The translations under genes were made by a program, and so were the position numbers. Positions 1 to 9,031 of a DNA stretch of 32,000 nt are shown here, one piece after another (the first letter of the stretch is position 1; the number at the start of each line of letters is the position of its first letter). The DNA is from Sinorhizobium meliloti (GTDB taxonomy: Bacteria > Pseudomonadota > Alphaproteobacteria > Rhizobiales > Rhizobiaceae), in assembly GCF_017876815.1 (NCBI RefSeq), contig NZ_JAGIOS010000003.1, forward strand, positions 390,001 through 422,000, written 5' to 3'. The notes beneath the pieces are model-generated. The model saw nothing but the letters and a program-made list of their open reading frames with translations. It was not told the DNA's origin and made no database searches.

Positions 1-702
1 GCCGCCGACGACCACGGCTGCGCCTCGCTCTTCACAAAGAGGCAGGAATTCCTCGAGTGCGTCCTGTTCGAGAAGCGTATAGCGCCCAGCAAGCAGGAAA
101 CAGTCGAAATCCCGCTGCTTCAACGCCTCGTGACACACCTCCCATTCGTTGACACCGACCCCGATCGCCTTGACCAGGCCTTCCGACCGGAGTTTCTCGA
201 GCGCCCGCCAGGTCCCGTCCATGGCCTGGCCGAATACTTCGGGCTGCTCGCTTCCCCGCGTGAAAACGTCGATGTCGTGGATGAAGCAGATATCCATCCG
301 TTCCAGGCCCAGCCTCTGCAGGCTGTCTTCGAAGGAGCGCATCGTGCCGTCATAGCTGTAGTCGAAGCGCATGCTGAAGGGCGCGGCGTTCACCCAGGGG
401 GCGAAGTCGATCGTCGATCGCTTGGCGGGCGTCAGCAATCGGCCGACCTTCGATGAAAGCACGTATTCGTCCCGATCCCTCCAGCGCAGGCCCTGGCCGG
501 TACGAAGTTCGGCCAGGCCATGCCCGTACATGGGCGCGGTATCGAAGAAGCGCACGCCCGCATCCCAGGCGAGCTCAAACATGGATTGCGACGTCTCTTC
601 GTCGATTTCACGGAAGATGTTGCCGAGCGGCGCAGTCCCGAACCCGAATGCGGTGACGTCGAGGTCCACGCGGCCGAACTTCCGTTTCTCTCCCGGATGC
701 AT
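1..702 (-). CDS. aldo/keto reductase family oxidoreductase (N-terminal 234 codons; 3' end runs off the window)
   Basis: Absent from the ORF track because it is open to the window edge. Reading the reverse complement from ATG (comp. 700-702) gives MHPGEKRKFGRVDLDVTAFGFGTAPLGNIFREIDEETSQSMFELAWDAGVRFFDTAPMYGHGLAELRTGQGL...LSSKVG...CFIHDID. This shows the AKR Asp/Tyr/Lys/His catalytic pattern. GAGGAG lies 8 nt upstream of the ATG. Confidence 0.85.
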   Translation of the reverse strand, partial: MHPGEKRKFGRVDLDVTAFGFGTAPLGNIFREIDEETSQSMFELAWDAGVRFFDTAPMYGHGLAELRTGQGLRWRDRDEYVLSSKVGRLLTPAKRSTIDFAPWVNAAPFSMRFDYSYDGTMRSFEDSLQRLGLERMDICFIHDIDVFTRGSEQPEVFGQAMDGTWRALEKLRSEGLVKAIGVGVNEWEVCHEALKQRDFDCFLLAGRYTLLEQDALEEFLPLCEERGAAVVVGG

Positions 703-716
703 TCGCAAATCTCCTC

Positions 717-735
717 ATGTAAGTAACTGGATGGT
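717..735. promoter_or_regulatory. operator-like repeat, copy 1 (ATGTAAGTAACTGGATGGT), just upstream of the aldo/keto reductase RBS
   Basis: 17/19 nt identical to 822-840. Contains a degenerate version of the GTAAC-N6-GTTAC dyad. Sits in the divergent intergenic region 703-861. Confidence 0.4.
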
Positions 736-821
736 GCACAATACGCGCGGCGACGGCCAGTGCGCAAGCCTCGTCGTGGTGCGATCGGCGATTTTCCGGC
801 TTGACCGTCTGCCGCATGCCG

Positions 822-843
822 ATGTATGTAACTGGATAGTTAC
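822..843. promoter_or_regulatory. operator-like repeat, copy 2 (ATGTATGTAACTGGATAGTTAC) with perfect dyad GTAAC-TGGATA-GTTAC at 828-843
   Basis: Direct repeat of 717-735, 105 bp away (about ten helical turns). The perfect 5+5 inverted repeat lies immediately upstream of the acyl-CoA dehydrogenase start. Confidence 0.4.
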
Positions 844-861
844 TGAATGCGGGATAAGTCT

Positions 862-2004
862 ATGTATCTAACGGAAATACAGGGGCAGGTGCGTGATATG
901 GCGCGCGCGTTCGCCGATGAAGTGATCCGGCCGATGGCGGAGTCTCTCGACCGCGAGGAACGTTTCCCCGCAGAACTTTACGGGGAAATGGCGAAGCTCG
1001 GATTGTTCGGTATCGGCGTTCCCGAACACCTCGGCGGACCGGGCTTCGATACGCTGACCTATGCGGTCGTGATGGAGGAGCTCAGCCGCGGTTATGCGTC
1101 GGTTGCCGATCAGTGCGGGCTGGTGGAGCTGATCTCCACACTGCTCGTCCGTCACGGGACCGAAGGTCAGCAACGCATGCTCCCCGACGTTCTGAACATG
1201 AGCGCCAAGGTCGCTTACTGCATCACCGAGCCCGAGGCCGGAACCGACGTATCGGGCATTCGGACGACGGCGGAACGCGACGGCGACGGCTGGATGCTTA
1301 ACGGCGGCAAGATCTGGATCCATAACGCGCCCGTTGCCGATGTCGGTTTCGTTCTGGCGAGGACCGACAAGGAGGCCGGCAACCGCGGCATGTCGATCTT
1401 TATCGTCGATCTCAATTCCGCAGGGGTCGAGAGAGGTCCGAAAGAGCACAAGATGGGCCAGAGAGCCAGCCAGGTGGGAGCGTTGACCTTCACCGATGTG
1501 CGCCTGCCGGGCGGTGCTCTGCTGGGCCAGGAGGGCCGCGGTTTCCACATGATGATGTCCGTTCTCGACAAAGGCCGCGTGGGCATCGCCGCACTCGCCG
1601 TCGGCATCGCCCAGGCGGGGCTGGAGGCGGCGGTGGACTATGCCGGGACACGCAAGCAGTTCGGCAAGGCCATTTCCGATTTCCAGGGCGTGCAGTGGCT
1701 TCTCGCCGACATGGCAAAGGACATCGAAGCCGCGCGTCTTCTCGTCCATTCGGCCGCCTCGAAGATCGACCGGGGCCTGGACGCGACGAAGGCCTGCTCG
1801 ATCGCAAAATGTTTCGCCGGGGACATGGCCGTTCAGCGCACCGCCGACGCGGTCCAAGTCTTCGGCGGGTCGGGCTATATCCGCGGCTTCGAAGTCGAGC
1901 GGCTCTATCGTGACGCAAAGATCACCCAGATCTACGAAGGCACGAACCAGATCCAGCGGATGATCATTGCGCGTGAACTTCTGAAGAAGGGGGCAAGGGC
2001 GTGA
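862..2004 (+). CDS. acyl-CoA dehydrogenase family protein
   Basis: ORF 847-2004. MYLTEIQGQVRDMARAFADEV... is the typical ACAD N-terminus (M-x-LTEEQ style). The C-terminal YRDAKITQIYEGTNQIQRMIIAREL carries the catalytic-Glu YEGT motif. The start may be ATG 847 or ATG 862; 862 fits family N-termini better. Confidence 0.9.
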   Translation: MYLTEIQGQVRDMARAFADEVIRPMAESLDREERFPAELYGEMAKLGLFGIGVPEHLGGPGFDTLTYAVVMEELSRGYASVADQCGLVELISTLLVRHGTEGQQRMLPDVLNMSAKVAYCITEPEAGTDVSGIRTTAERDGDGWMLNGGKIWIHNAPVADVGFVLARTDKEAGNRGMSIFIVDLNSAGVERGPKEHKMGQRASQVGALTFTDVRLPGGALLGQEGRGFHMMMSVLDKGRVGIAALAVGIAQAGLEAAVDYAGTRKQFGKAISDFQGVQWLLADMAKDIEAARLLVHSAASKIDRGLDATKACSIAKCFAGDMAVQRTADAVQVFGGSGYIRGFEVERLYRDAKITQIYEGTNQIQRMIIARELLKKGARA

Positions 2005-2780
2005 GTAATCCGACCGCGAAACCCGTGGCACTGGTGACGGGCTCGTCACGCGGTATCGGTCTTGCCGCTGCCGAAGCCCTGGCGCGGGAAGGGTTCTCCG
2101 TCGCAATCAACGGGCTGACGGCCGACGACGAATTGGCGGTCGCTGCCGCACGCGTCTCCAGGCACGGAGCGCCGGTGATCGCGGTGGCCTTCGACGTCGC
2201 AGACTTGGCTGCTCACGAGGCGGCGCTCACGAAGATCGAGGCGGAGCTCGGCCCGCTCACGACACTCGTCAATAATGCCGGGGTTGGCGTTCTGAAGCGC
2301 GGCGACCTCCTCGATGTGACGGAAGAGAGCTGGGATCGTTGCCTCACGGTGAATGCCAAGGCGATGTTCTTTCTGAGCCAGGTTTTCGCGCGCCGACTTC
2401 TGGCTCGGGAGCGAAGCCCGCTTTTCCACTCGATCGTCAACGTCACTTCGTCGAATTCCGTGGCGGTCGCCGTTCAGCGCTCGGAATATTGCGCCTCCAA
2501 GGCGGCGGCGTCGATGGTGTCCAAGGCGCTCGCGGTCCGCCTTGGGCGGGAAAACGTCGCTGTTTACGACGTCCAGCCCGGCCTGATCGCCACCGAAATG
2601 ACCGCTCCGGTGATCGACTCCTATCGAGAGCGTGCGGAGCAGGGGCTGACGCTTTTTCCGCGCGTCGGAGAGCCCGAGGAGGTCGGGGCCGTGATTGCCT
2701 CGCTCGCCTCCGGAAGGCTCCCCTACACGACAGGACAGACGATCTCGGCAGATGCCGGCATGCTCGTTCCGCGATTTTGA
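2001..2780 (+). CDS. SDR family oxidoreductase (classical short-chain dehydrogenase/reductase)
   Basis: VALVTGSSRGIGLAAAEAL (TGxxxGxG), NNAG and SEYCASKAA (YxxxK). The GTG start overlaps the upstream stop (GTGA, 2001-2004). Confidence 0.9.
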   Translation: MSNPTAKPVALVTGSSRGIGLAAAEALAREGFSVAINGLTADDELAVAAARVSRHGAPVIAVAFDVADLAAHEAALTKIEAELGPLTTLVNNAGVGVLKRGDLLDVTEESWDRCLTVNAKAMFFLSQVFARRLLARERSPLFHSIVNVTSSNSVAVAVQRSEYCASKAAASMVSKALAVRLGRENVAVYDVQPGLIATEMTAPVIDSYRERAEQGLTLFPRVGEPEEVGAVIASLASGRLPYTTGQTISADAGMLVPRF

Positions 2781-2788
2781 GGTCTCCA

Positions 2789-3937
2789 ATGAAAATTGCT
2801 CTTCCCGATGCCGAAGGCAGGCTGGCCGAATACAGCCTTTCAGGTAACGCGATAGCGGGCGCGGCCCTCGGTCCCGATCGTGCTCGTGTCGTCTATTCCG
2901 CCGCGCATGTCGTGGCAGACCCGTTCACCGCCAACGAGCCCTCAGGACGGGCGACCGTCGACTGGCCGAAGACGCTGGAGTTCCGCCGCTATCTTGCGGG
3001 GCTGGGGCTCGGGATCGCCGAGGCCATGGACACGGCACAGCGCGGTATGGGTCTGGACTGGGCGGGCGCCCTGGAACTCATTCGCCGCACGAAGGCCGAG
3101 CTGCCGGACGCGCTGGTTGCGAACGGCTGCGGAACCGACCACCTGGACCTTTCCAGATCCCACAGCATCGACGACGTGAGACGTGCCTATCTCGATCAGG
3201 TCGAAGCGGTGCAGAAGCTGGGCGGGCGGATCATCCTGATGGCGTCGAGGGCTCTGGTTCGGGCGGCCAGGGGGCCGGACGATTACATCAGCGTCTATTC
3301 CGACGTGCTCGATGCCTGTGACCACCCGGTCATCCTGCACTGGCTGGGCGACATGTTCGACCCGCAGCTTGCCGGATATTGGGGTGGCCAGACATTCGAG
3401 CCCGCGATGCAGACGGCGTTGGCCGTTATCGGAGCGAACGTCCGCAAGGTCGACGGCATAAAGATCTCCCTGCTCGACAAGGACAAGGAGATCGTTATGC
3501 GCCGGCTGCTGCCGGCGGGCGTCAAGATGTATACCGGCGACGACTTCAACTATCCGGAACTGATCGAGGGGGACGAGCAGGGCTTTTCGCACGCACTTCT
3601 CGGCATCTTCGATCCGCTCGCGCCGGCTGCCGCCTTTGCGGTACAGAGACTTGGCGAGGGCGACGTTAGCGCGTTCCGCGCGACATTGGATCCGACAGTG
3701 CCGCTGGCGCGGCTGATCTTCCGGGCGCCGACGCAACACTACAAGACGGGCGTGGTCTTCCTGGCTTGGCTGAACGGCTTTCAGGATCACTTCGTGATGC
3801 TGAACGGCGCGCAGGCGATGCGGCCGCTTCCCTATTTCACCGAGGTTTTCAGGCTCGCGGATCAATGCGGTCTGCTTCGCGATCCGGAAGTGGCCGTCAC
3901 CCGCATGAAGCGCCTCCTCGCAGTCTACGGAGTCTGA
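2789..3937 (+). CDS. DUF993-like protein (TIM-barrel-type protein of unknown function)
   Basis: The last 382 codons of track ORF 2339-3937. The credible start is MKIALPDAEGRLAEYSL at ATG 2789, 8 nt after the SDR stop. AAHVVADPF and AEAMDTAQRGMGLDW match my memory of DUF993 proteins; the family call is from recollection only. Confidence 0.6.
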   Translation: MKIALPDAEGRLAEYSLSGNAIAGAALGPDRARVVYSAAHVVADPFTANEPSGRATVDWPKTLEFRRYLAGLGLGIAEAMDTAQRGMGLDWAGALELIRRTKAELPDALVANGCGTDHLDLSRSHSIDDVRRAYLDQVEAVQKLGGRIILMASRALVRAARGPDDYISVYSDVLDACDHPVILHWLGDMFDPQLAGYWGGQTFEPAMQTALAVIGANVRKVDGIKISLLDKDKEIVMRRLLPAGVKMYTGDDFNYPELIEGDEQGFSHALLGIFDPLAPAAAFAVQRLGEGDVSAFRATLDPTVPLARLIFRAPTQHYKTGVVFLAWLNGFQDHFVMLNGAQAMRPLPYFTEVFRLADQCGLLRDPEVAVTRMKRLLAVYGV

Positions 3938-3938
3938 G

Positions 3939-4796
3939 ATGAGGGACTTCTCTTCGGACCACTCGGCCCTCGCACTGAACACGGCGAGCCTCGGCCACAA
4001 CCTCGAGGGCCACGGTGCGGGCTGGACGAGCGAACAGGTCATCGATGCCTGTGCCGAGCGCGGTTTCGGGAGCATCGTGTTCTGGCGGCGCGAGATCGGT
4101 GAACGCGCCGTGAAGATCGGCGAACGGGTTCGTTCTGCCGGGCTGACCGTGGCGGGTCTGTGCCGGACCCCCTTTCTGGTAGGCACCCAGGCGACGGATG
4201 TCGAAAGCGTCATGGACGATTTCAAGAGGTCGATCGACATGGCGGCAGCCTTGGGGGCTCCGGTCTTAACGATCGTCGTCGGAGGCGTGCATCCGGGGAC
4301 CAAAGGGGTTGCCGAGAGCCTGAAGATCGTGGCGGACCGCGTTGCCGAAGCCGCTCCCTGTGCACAAGCAAGCGGCGTGAAACTGGCGCTGGAGCCACTC
4401 AATCCCGTCTACGCCGGCAACCGGTCGTGCCTCACGACGCTGCGCGATGCCGTGGACCTTTGCGATCGCATAGCTGCCCCGAATGTCGGTATAGCCGTGG
4501 ATGTCTACCATGTCTGGTGGGACACGGAGCTTGAACGGCAGTTGAAGCGTGCCGGCGCCGAGCGAATCTACGGCTATCACCTCTGCGACTGGCTCGCCGA
4601 AACGAATGACGTGCTTCTCGACCGCGGCATGATGGGCGACGGCGTCGCCGATCTCAAGGCGATCCGTTCATTCGTTGAAGGCGCCGGCTATCGCGGCCCT
4701 TGCGAGGTCGAGATCTTTTCCGCGAACGACTGGTGGAAACGCGATCCCGGCGAGGTGCTGGACGTGATGGTCGAGCGTTTCCGCAACTGTTGCTGA
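3939..4796 (+). CDS. sugar phosphate isomerase/epimerase (xylose isomerase-like TIM barrel) family protein
   Basis: 285 aa. KLALEPLNPVYAGNRSCLTT...GIAVDVYHVWWD...YHLCDW is the usual metal-ligand layout of this fold. The start is 1 nt after the upstream stop. Confidence 0.8.
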   Translation: MRDFSSDHSALALNTASLGHNLEGHGAGWTSEQVIDACAERGFGSIVFWRREIGERAVKIGERVRSAGLTVAGLCRTPFLVGTQATDVESVMDDFKRSIDMAAALGAPVLTIVVGGVHPGTKGVAESLKIVADRVAEAAPCAQASGVKLALEPLNPVYAGNRSCLTTLRDAVDLCDRIAAPNVGIAVDVYHVWWDTELERQLKRAGAERIYGYHLCDWLAETNDVLLDRGMMGDGVADLKAIRSFVEGAGYRGPCEVEIFSANDWWKRDPGEVLDVMVERFRNCC

Positions 4797-4812
4797 CAGA
4801 GAGTAGGAATCC

Positions 4813-5562
4813 ATGAAAATACTTGTGACGGTGAAACGGGTGGTCGACTACAACGTCAAGATCCGGGTCAAAGCGGATGGATCGGGCGTCGAGCTTGCCA
4901 ATGTGAAGATGTCGATGAACCCGTTCGACGAGATCTCGGTCGAAGAGGCGCTGCGGCTGAAGGAAGCCGGCAAGGCGAGTGAAGTGGTGGTCGTGTCGAT
5001 CGGCCCGGCCAAGGCGGAAGAGACGCTCAGGACCGCGCTCGCCATGGGCGCCGACCGGGCGATCCTGGTCGAGACCGAGGACCAGGTCGAGCCGCTCGCC
5101 GTCGCCAAGATCGTCAAGGGCGTGGCCGAGGCCGAACAGCCGGGGCTGATCATCGTCGGCAAGCAGGCGATCGACGACGATTCCAACCAGACCGGCCAGA
5201 TGCTGTCGGCATTGCTTGGCTGGGCCCAGGGCACCTTTGCCTCCAAGGTCGAGATCGGCGACGGCAAGGTCAACGTCACCCGCGAGGTCGGCGGCGGCCT
5301 GCAGACGGTCGAACTGAAGCTGCCGGCGGTGGTCACCACCGATCTCAGGCTCAACGAACCGCGCTATGCCTCGCTGCCGAACATCATGAAGGCGAAGAAG
5401 AAGCCGCTCGACAAGAAGACCCCGGCCGACTTCTGCGTCGACACCAGCCCGCGGCTGAAAGTCTTGAAGACGGAAGAGCCGTCCGGCCGCAAGGCCGGCG
5501 TCAAGGTGAAGACGGTCGCCGAGCTCGTCGAGAAGCTCAAGACCGAAGCCGGCGTGCTTTAA
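4813..5562 (+). CDS. etfB: electron transfer flavoprotein subunit beta
   Basis: [53 protein letters not shown]... is a near-canonical EtfB sequence. An AGGAA RBS is present. Confidence 0.95.
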   Translation: MKILVTVKRVVDYNVKIRVKADGSGVELANVKMSMNPFDEISVEEALRLKEAGKASEVVVVSIGPAKAEETLRTALAMGADRAILVETEDQVEPLAVAKIVKGVAEAEQPGLIIVGKQAIDDDSNQTGQMLSALLGWAQGTFASKVEIGDGKVNVTREVGGGLQTVELKLPAVVTTDLRLNEPRYASLPNIMKAKKKPLDKKTPADFCVDTSPRLKVLKTEEPSGRKAGVKVKTVAELVEKLKTEAGVL

Positions 5563-5585
5563 GTTCAGGAAAGGGAGATATCATC

Positions 5586-6515
5586 ATGGCTATTCTGCTT
5601 CTGGCTGACCACGACAACAGCCACCTTTCCGACCAGACGGCGAAGGCACTGACGGCGGCAGCGAAGATCGGCGGCGACGTGCATGTGCTGGTTGCCGGTC
5701 AGAACGTCAAAGGCATCGCCGAACAAGCCTCCAAGCTCTCGGGCGTTGCCAAGGTGCTGGTCGCCGAGGACGCCTCGCTCGCTAACAATCTCGCCGAGCC
5801 GCTGGCGGCCCTGATCGTTTCGCTCGCCGGCAATTACGACACCGTTATTGCCGCCGCCACCTCGGTCGGCAAGAACGTCATGCCGCGGGTCGCAGCCCTT
5901 CTCGACGTCGCCCAGGTTTCGGAGATCATCGAGGTCGTCTCGGCTGACACGTACCGGCGGCCGATCTATGCCGGCAACGCCATCCAGACGGTGCAGACGA
6001 GCGAGCCGAAGAAGGTGATCACCGTGCGCACCGCCTCCTTTGCCGCCGCTCAAGAAGGCGGCTCGGCACCGGTCGAGACGGTTGCCGCCGCGGCGAATCC
6101 GGGCCTTTCCGCCCATGTTTCCGATGCCCTGTCGTCCTCCGACCGGCCGGAACTGACCTCGGCGAAGATCATCATCTCCGGCGGTCGGGCGCTCGGCTCC
6201 TCGGAGAAGTTCAAGGAAGTCATCCTGCCGGTTGCCGACAAGCTCGGCGCCGCCGTCGGCGCCTCCCGCGCCGCCGTCGATGCCGGCTATGCGCCGAACG
6301 ACTGGCAGGTCGGCCAGACCGGCAAGGTGGTCGCCCCGGACCTCTACATCGCCTGCGGCATTTCCGGTGCGATCCAGCACCTCGCCGGCATGAAGGACAG
6401 CAAGGTGATCGTCGCCATCAACAAGGACGAGGAAGCGCCGATCTTCCAGGTCGCCGACTACGGCCTCGTCGCCGATCTCTTCGAAGTCCTGCCGGAACTC
6501 GAAAAGGCGCTTTGA
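5586..6515 (+). CDS. etfA: electron transfer flavoprotein subunit alpha
   Basis: 309 aa. The C-terminal FAD-binding block is [74 protein letters not shown] is present. Confidence 0.95.
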   Translation: MAILLLADHDNSHLSDQTAKALTAAAKIGGDVHVLVAGQNVKGIAEQASKLSGVAKVLVAEDASLANNLAEPLAALIVSLAGNYDTVIAAATSVGKNVMPRVAALLDVAQVSEIIEVVSADTYRRPIYAGNAIQTVQTSEPKKVITVRTASFAAAQEGGSAPVETVAAAANPGLSAHVSDALSSSDRPELTSAKIIISGGRALGSSEKFKEVILPVADKLGAAVGASRAAVDAGYAPNDWQVGQTGKVVAPDLYIACGISGAIQHLAGMKDSKVIVAINKDEEAPIFQVADYGLVADLFEVLPELEKAL

Positions 6516-6530
6516 GGCGAGCATGGCCAA

Positions 6531-7445
6531 TCAGGATCTGCCGGAGAGCTCGAACTGGCAGTGGCTGAAGAAGGCCCGGACGGTCTCGTTGTCCTTCAGG
6601 AAGTGCGCCGTCCCGAAATAGATGGGAACAGGCGTGAGGCTCAGCAGCTCCACCCGGGTTATCGTGTCGTCGTCCGGTCCGACGGACCAGGTAGGCAATA
6701 TGGAAAAGCCGAGGCCTTCGCTGACATAGCGCTTGATGCTGACGCTTGACGAAACCGAGATCAGCGGCTCGACGACCGCACCCTTGCTGCTGAGGAAACC
6801 GGTGGCAATGTCCCTTATTATCTGTCCCGGTTCATGCGAAACGAAAGGACGACCGCAGGCCCATTCGGGAATATCTCCCTCGGCGGGAGCGGGTCCCCAG
6901 GTTCGGGGATAGACGAGCGAAAGGCTGTAGCGGCCGATCAACTGCTGGATCACGACGGAGTCGCCAAAGTGCCGCTCCGCAATGAATATGTCGAGGCTGC
7001 CCTGGCGGACCAGGTCGGACAGGGCGGTGTCACGCTCGTAGACGACAAGCTCCACGTCAGGGCGGCTTTCATGGAATTTCCGGACGACCCTGGGAAAGAG
7101 ATCATGGAAGATTCCCTGCGGCATGCCGATCCGCAGCACCGGACGCTGGCTCTCCATCAGTCGCGTCAGACGTGTCAGCATGATGTCGAATTCCGGGCGG
7201 ATCAACTCGTAAAGCGCAAGTCCCCGCGGTGTCAGTCCCACGCGCCGTGCCCCGCGCTCGGCAACGACCAGCCGCTCGCCGAGGAGGTGTTCCAGCCGCC
7301 GGATATGGTTCGCCACGGATGGATGGCTGAGATTGAGCTCCCGGGCCGCAGCGGAATAGGAGCCGGTCCGTCCGAGTTGGTAGAACGTCTGGACAAGTGA
7401 GAGGCTGATGCTGGGCAAGTGGCGGTTCCTGCGGCTCGTGGGCAT
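6531..7445 (-). CDS. LysR family transcriptional regulator
   Basis: The N-terminal HTH is [45 protein letters not shown], followed by a LysR substrate-binding-type C-terminus. ATG 7445 (MPTSRRN...) is preferred over the TTG at 7502 used in the track. Convergent with etfA, with a 15 bp spacer. Confidence 0.9.
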   Translation of the reverse strand: MPTSRRNRHLPSISLSLVQTFYQLGRTGSYSAAARELNLSHPSVANHIRRLEHLLGERLVVAERGARRVGLTPRGLALYELIRPEFDIMLTRLTRLMESQRPVLRIGMPQGIFHDLFPRVVRKFHESRPDVELVVYERDTALSDLVRQGSLDIFIAERHFGDSVVIQQLIGRYSLSLVYPRTWGPAPAEGDIPEWACGRPFVSHEPGQIIRDIATGFLSSKGAVVEPLISVSSSVSIKRYVSEGLGFSILPTWSVGPDDDTITRVELLSLTPVPIYFGTAHFLKDNETVRAFFSHCQFELSGRS

Positions 7446-7607
7446 TCGCGCCGAGGACGTTACGGTGAGCAGGGGCAGGGCCGCAAGGCGCAGCTTCGGC
7501 AAGTTGTAAGTTTTTTCATAACTCGTGCCCTTGTTCTTTTATCGACGCGGTTTTGCCGGGCGCGCTACGATCTGTCCCGAGACCTCCTTGCAAGGCGTTC
7601 AGATCAG
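7446..7607. promoter_or_regulatory. divergent promoter/operator region between the LysR gene and the oxidase-amidase-transporter operon
   Basis: This is the only AT-rich patch nearby (GTTGTAAGTTTTTTCATAACTCGTGCCCTTGTTCTTTTATCGAC, about 7503-7546). It contains ATAA (7518-7521) ... TTAT (7539-7542) and similar GTT-T-rich half repeats. I could not define a clean T-N11-A LysR box. Confidence 0.3.
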
Positions 7608-8777
7608 GTGCGCGAGCAGCATTCTTCACCACCAGTCATTGTGATAGGCGCGGGCATTGTCGGCGCCGCGACCGCGTCGTTTCTCGCGCTCGCGGGTACG
7701 CCAGTTCGGCTGCTCGACGCTTCGACGCCGGCCAGCGGGGCGACCGGCGCTGCAGATGGTGCGGTGTCGGTGGCGAGCAAGCGCCCGGGTCCGATGATGA
7801 CGATGGCCCGGGCCGGAGCGGCGCTTTATCGCGAACTCGCCGAGGAGGGGTTGTTCCAAGGCCTCTTCCACAGGCGGCCCACCTTCCTCGTTGCGACGAG
7901 CGATGCGGAAGCCGACGTCCTTTCCGACCACTCGGAAGCTCTCGCCGAGGTCGGTGCGCCGGTGCTTTGGCTCACCCGGGATATGGCTGCAGACAGATTG
8001 GCCCCGCTCTCCCGAAAGACGGTGGCAGTGCTTGAAGTCGAAGACGAGGGGCACGCGATCGGCTACAGCATAGTTTCGCGTCTGATTTCCGCCGCAGGGT
8101 TGAAGGTGGAGCGCAATTCCCCCGTTGCGGCGCTGGAATACGACGGACGATCCGGCCGCGTCAGCGGCGTTCGTGTCGGGGAAGCGGTGATCGAAGCCTC
8201 GGCGGTGGTCGTCGCCGCAGGTGGCGGCGCGGGCGGGCTTATAGGACTTCCCGATGTGTCGCGTCCACGTAGGGGGCAGCAACTGGTGACCGAGCGGGCA
8301 CCCACCCTGAATGCCGCCCTGCCGGGGTCGCTTCTCTCCTGCAGCTATCTCCTCAGCAAGAAGCAAGGGGGCGATGCGGATCAGCGCGGATATGGCGTCG
8401 TCATCGACCCGCTCGAAACCGGCCAGTTCCTGATCGGCTCGACACGGGAGGAGGGCCGCAACATCCCTGAAAATGATATCGACGCGGTGGCTCACCTGGC
8501 GGCCTCCGCTGGGGACATGGTGCCCGCGCTAGGGCGCTTGCGCATCCTTCGGTGCTTCGCCGGAATCCGCACTGCGATATGCGATGGCCTGCCGATGGTC
8601 GGCAGGATGCCCGGTGTCGACAATCTTTTCGTCGCAGCCGGGTTTGAAGGAGACGGCATCTGCCTTGGTCCGCTGACTGGCCGGATCGTGGCGGATCTTG
8701 TTCGGGGGGAGGAGCCGGAAATCGATGTTTCGCCGTTCGATCCGGGCCGGTTCGCCGGTAGGAGCATCGCGGCATGA
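7608..8777 (+). CDS. FAD-dependent oxidoreductase, HcnC / opine oxidase subunit B (OoxB)-like
   Basis: Track ORF 7419-8777. The dinucleotide fold VIVIGAGIVGAATASFLALAG begins 9 codons after in-frame GTG 7608. The family-typical C-terminus is GFEGDGICLGPLTGRIVADLV. The start position is uncertain. Confidence 0.8.
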   Translation: MREQHSSPPVIVIGAGIVGAATASFLALAGTPVRLLDASTPASGATGAADGAVSVASKRPGPMMTMARAGAALYRELAEEGLFQGLFHRRPTFLVATSDAEADVLSDHSEALAEVGAPVLWLTRDMAADRLAPLSRKTVAVLEVEDEGHAIGYSIVSRLISAAGLKVERNSPVAALEYDGRSGRVSGVRVGEAVIEASAVVVAAGGGAGGLIGLPDVSRPRRGQQLVTERAPTLNAALPGSLLSCSYLLSKKQGGDADQRGYGVVIDPLETGQFLIGSTREEGRNIPENDIDAVAHLAASAGDMVPALGRLRILRCFAGIRTAICDGLPMVGRMPGVDNLFVAAGFEGDGICLGPLTGRIVADLVRGEEPEIDVSPFDPGRFAGRSIAA

Positions 8778-9031
8778 CGGCCGTCCGGACTTTTTTCTGG
8801 CGGGGCTCCGAGGTGCCGTTCCGAGCAGGCGAAAGCATTGCAGCCGCCCTTGCCGGTTCGAACATCCATGGATTCGGAAAGGATCCTGCCGGGTCACCAA
8901 CCCGGTATTTCTGCGGCATCGGTGCCTGTCAATCTTGCCTCGTCCGTGTGGATGGGCGCGCAACCGAGGCCTGCCTCGACCCGGTCTATGACGGAATGGT
9001 CGTGATGGCGCTGGAGGATGACGATGCGTGA
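8774..9031 (+). CDS. (2Fe-2S)-binding protein, HcnA-like small subunit
   Basis: 85 aa. The Cys cluster is YFCGIGACQSCLVRVDGRATEACL. ATGA start/stop overlap with the upstream gene (8774-8777). Confidence 0.8.
   Translation: MTAVRTFFWRGSEVPFRAGESIAAALAGSNIHGFGKDPAGSPTRYFCGIGACQSCLVRVDGRATEACLDPVYDGMVVMALEDDDA

Noticed and set aside
868-2106. 412 aa minus-strand ORF covering the whole acyl-CoA dehydrogenase gene
   Set aside because: It is antisense to a gene with unmistakable ACAD motifs. The translation is Arg/Pro/Gly/His-rich with no recognisable motif. This is a typical high-GC shadow ORF.
2339-2788. N-terminal 150 codons of the 532 aa track ORF 2339-3937
   Set aside because: This part overlaps the SDR gene in another frame and translates to Arg/Gly-rich nonsense. 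A clean start (MKIALPD..., ATG 2789) lies just after the SDR stop.
2942-4402. 486 aa minus-strand ORF
   Set aside because: It is antisense to the DUF993-like and TIM-barrel genes. It has no motifs and its composition is skewed (Arg, Pro, Ala, Ser).
5565-6530. 321 aa minus-strand ORF
   Set aside because: It is an exact antisense shadow of etfA, whose identity is not in doubt.
7419-7607. Upstream 63 codons of the oxidase ORF (start at 7419)
   Set aside because: It would overlap the LysR gene start and run through the AT-rich promoter-like region. The translated segment ([23 protein letters not shown]...) is not protein-like. The FAD fold begins right after GTG 7608.
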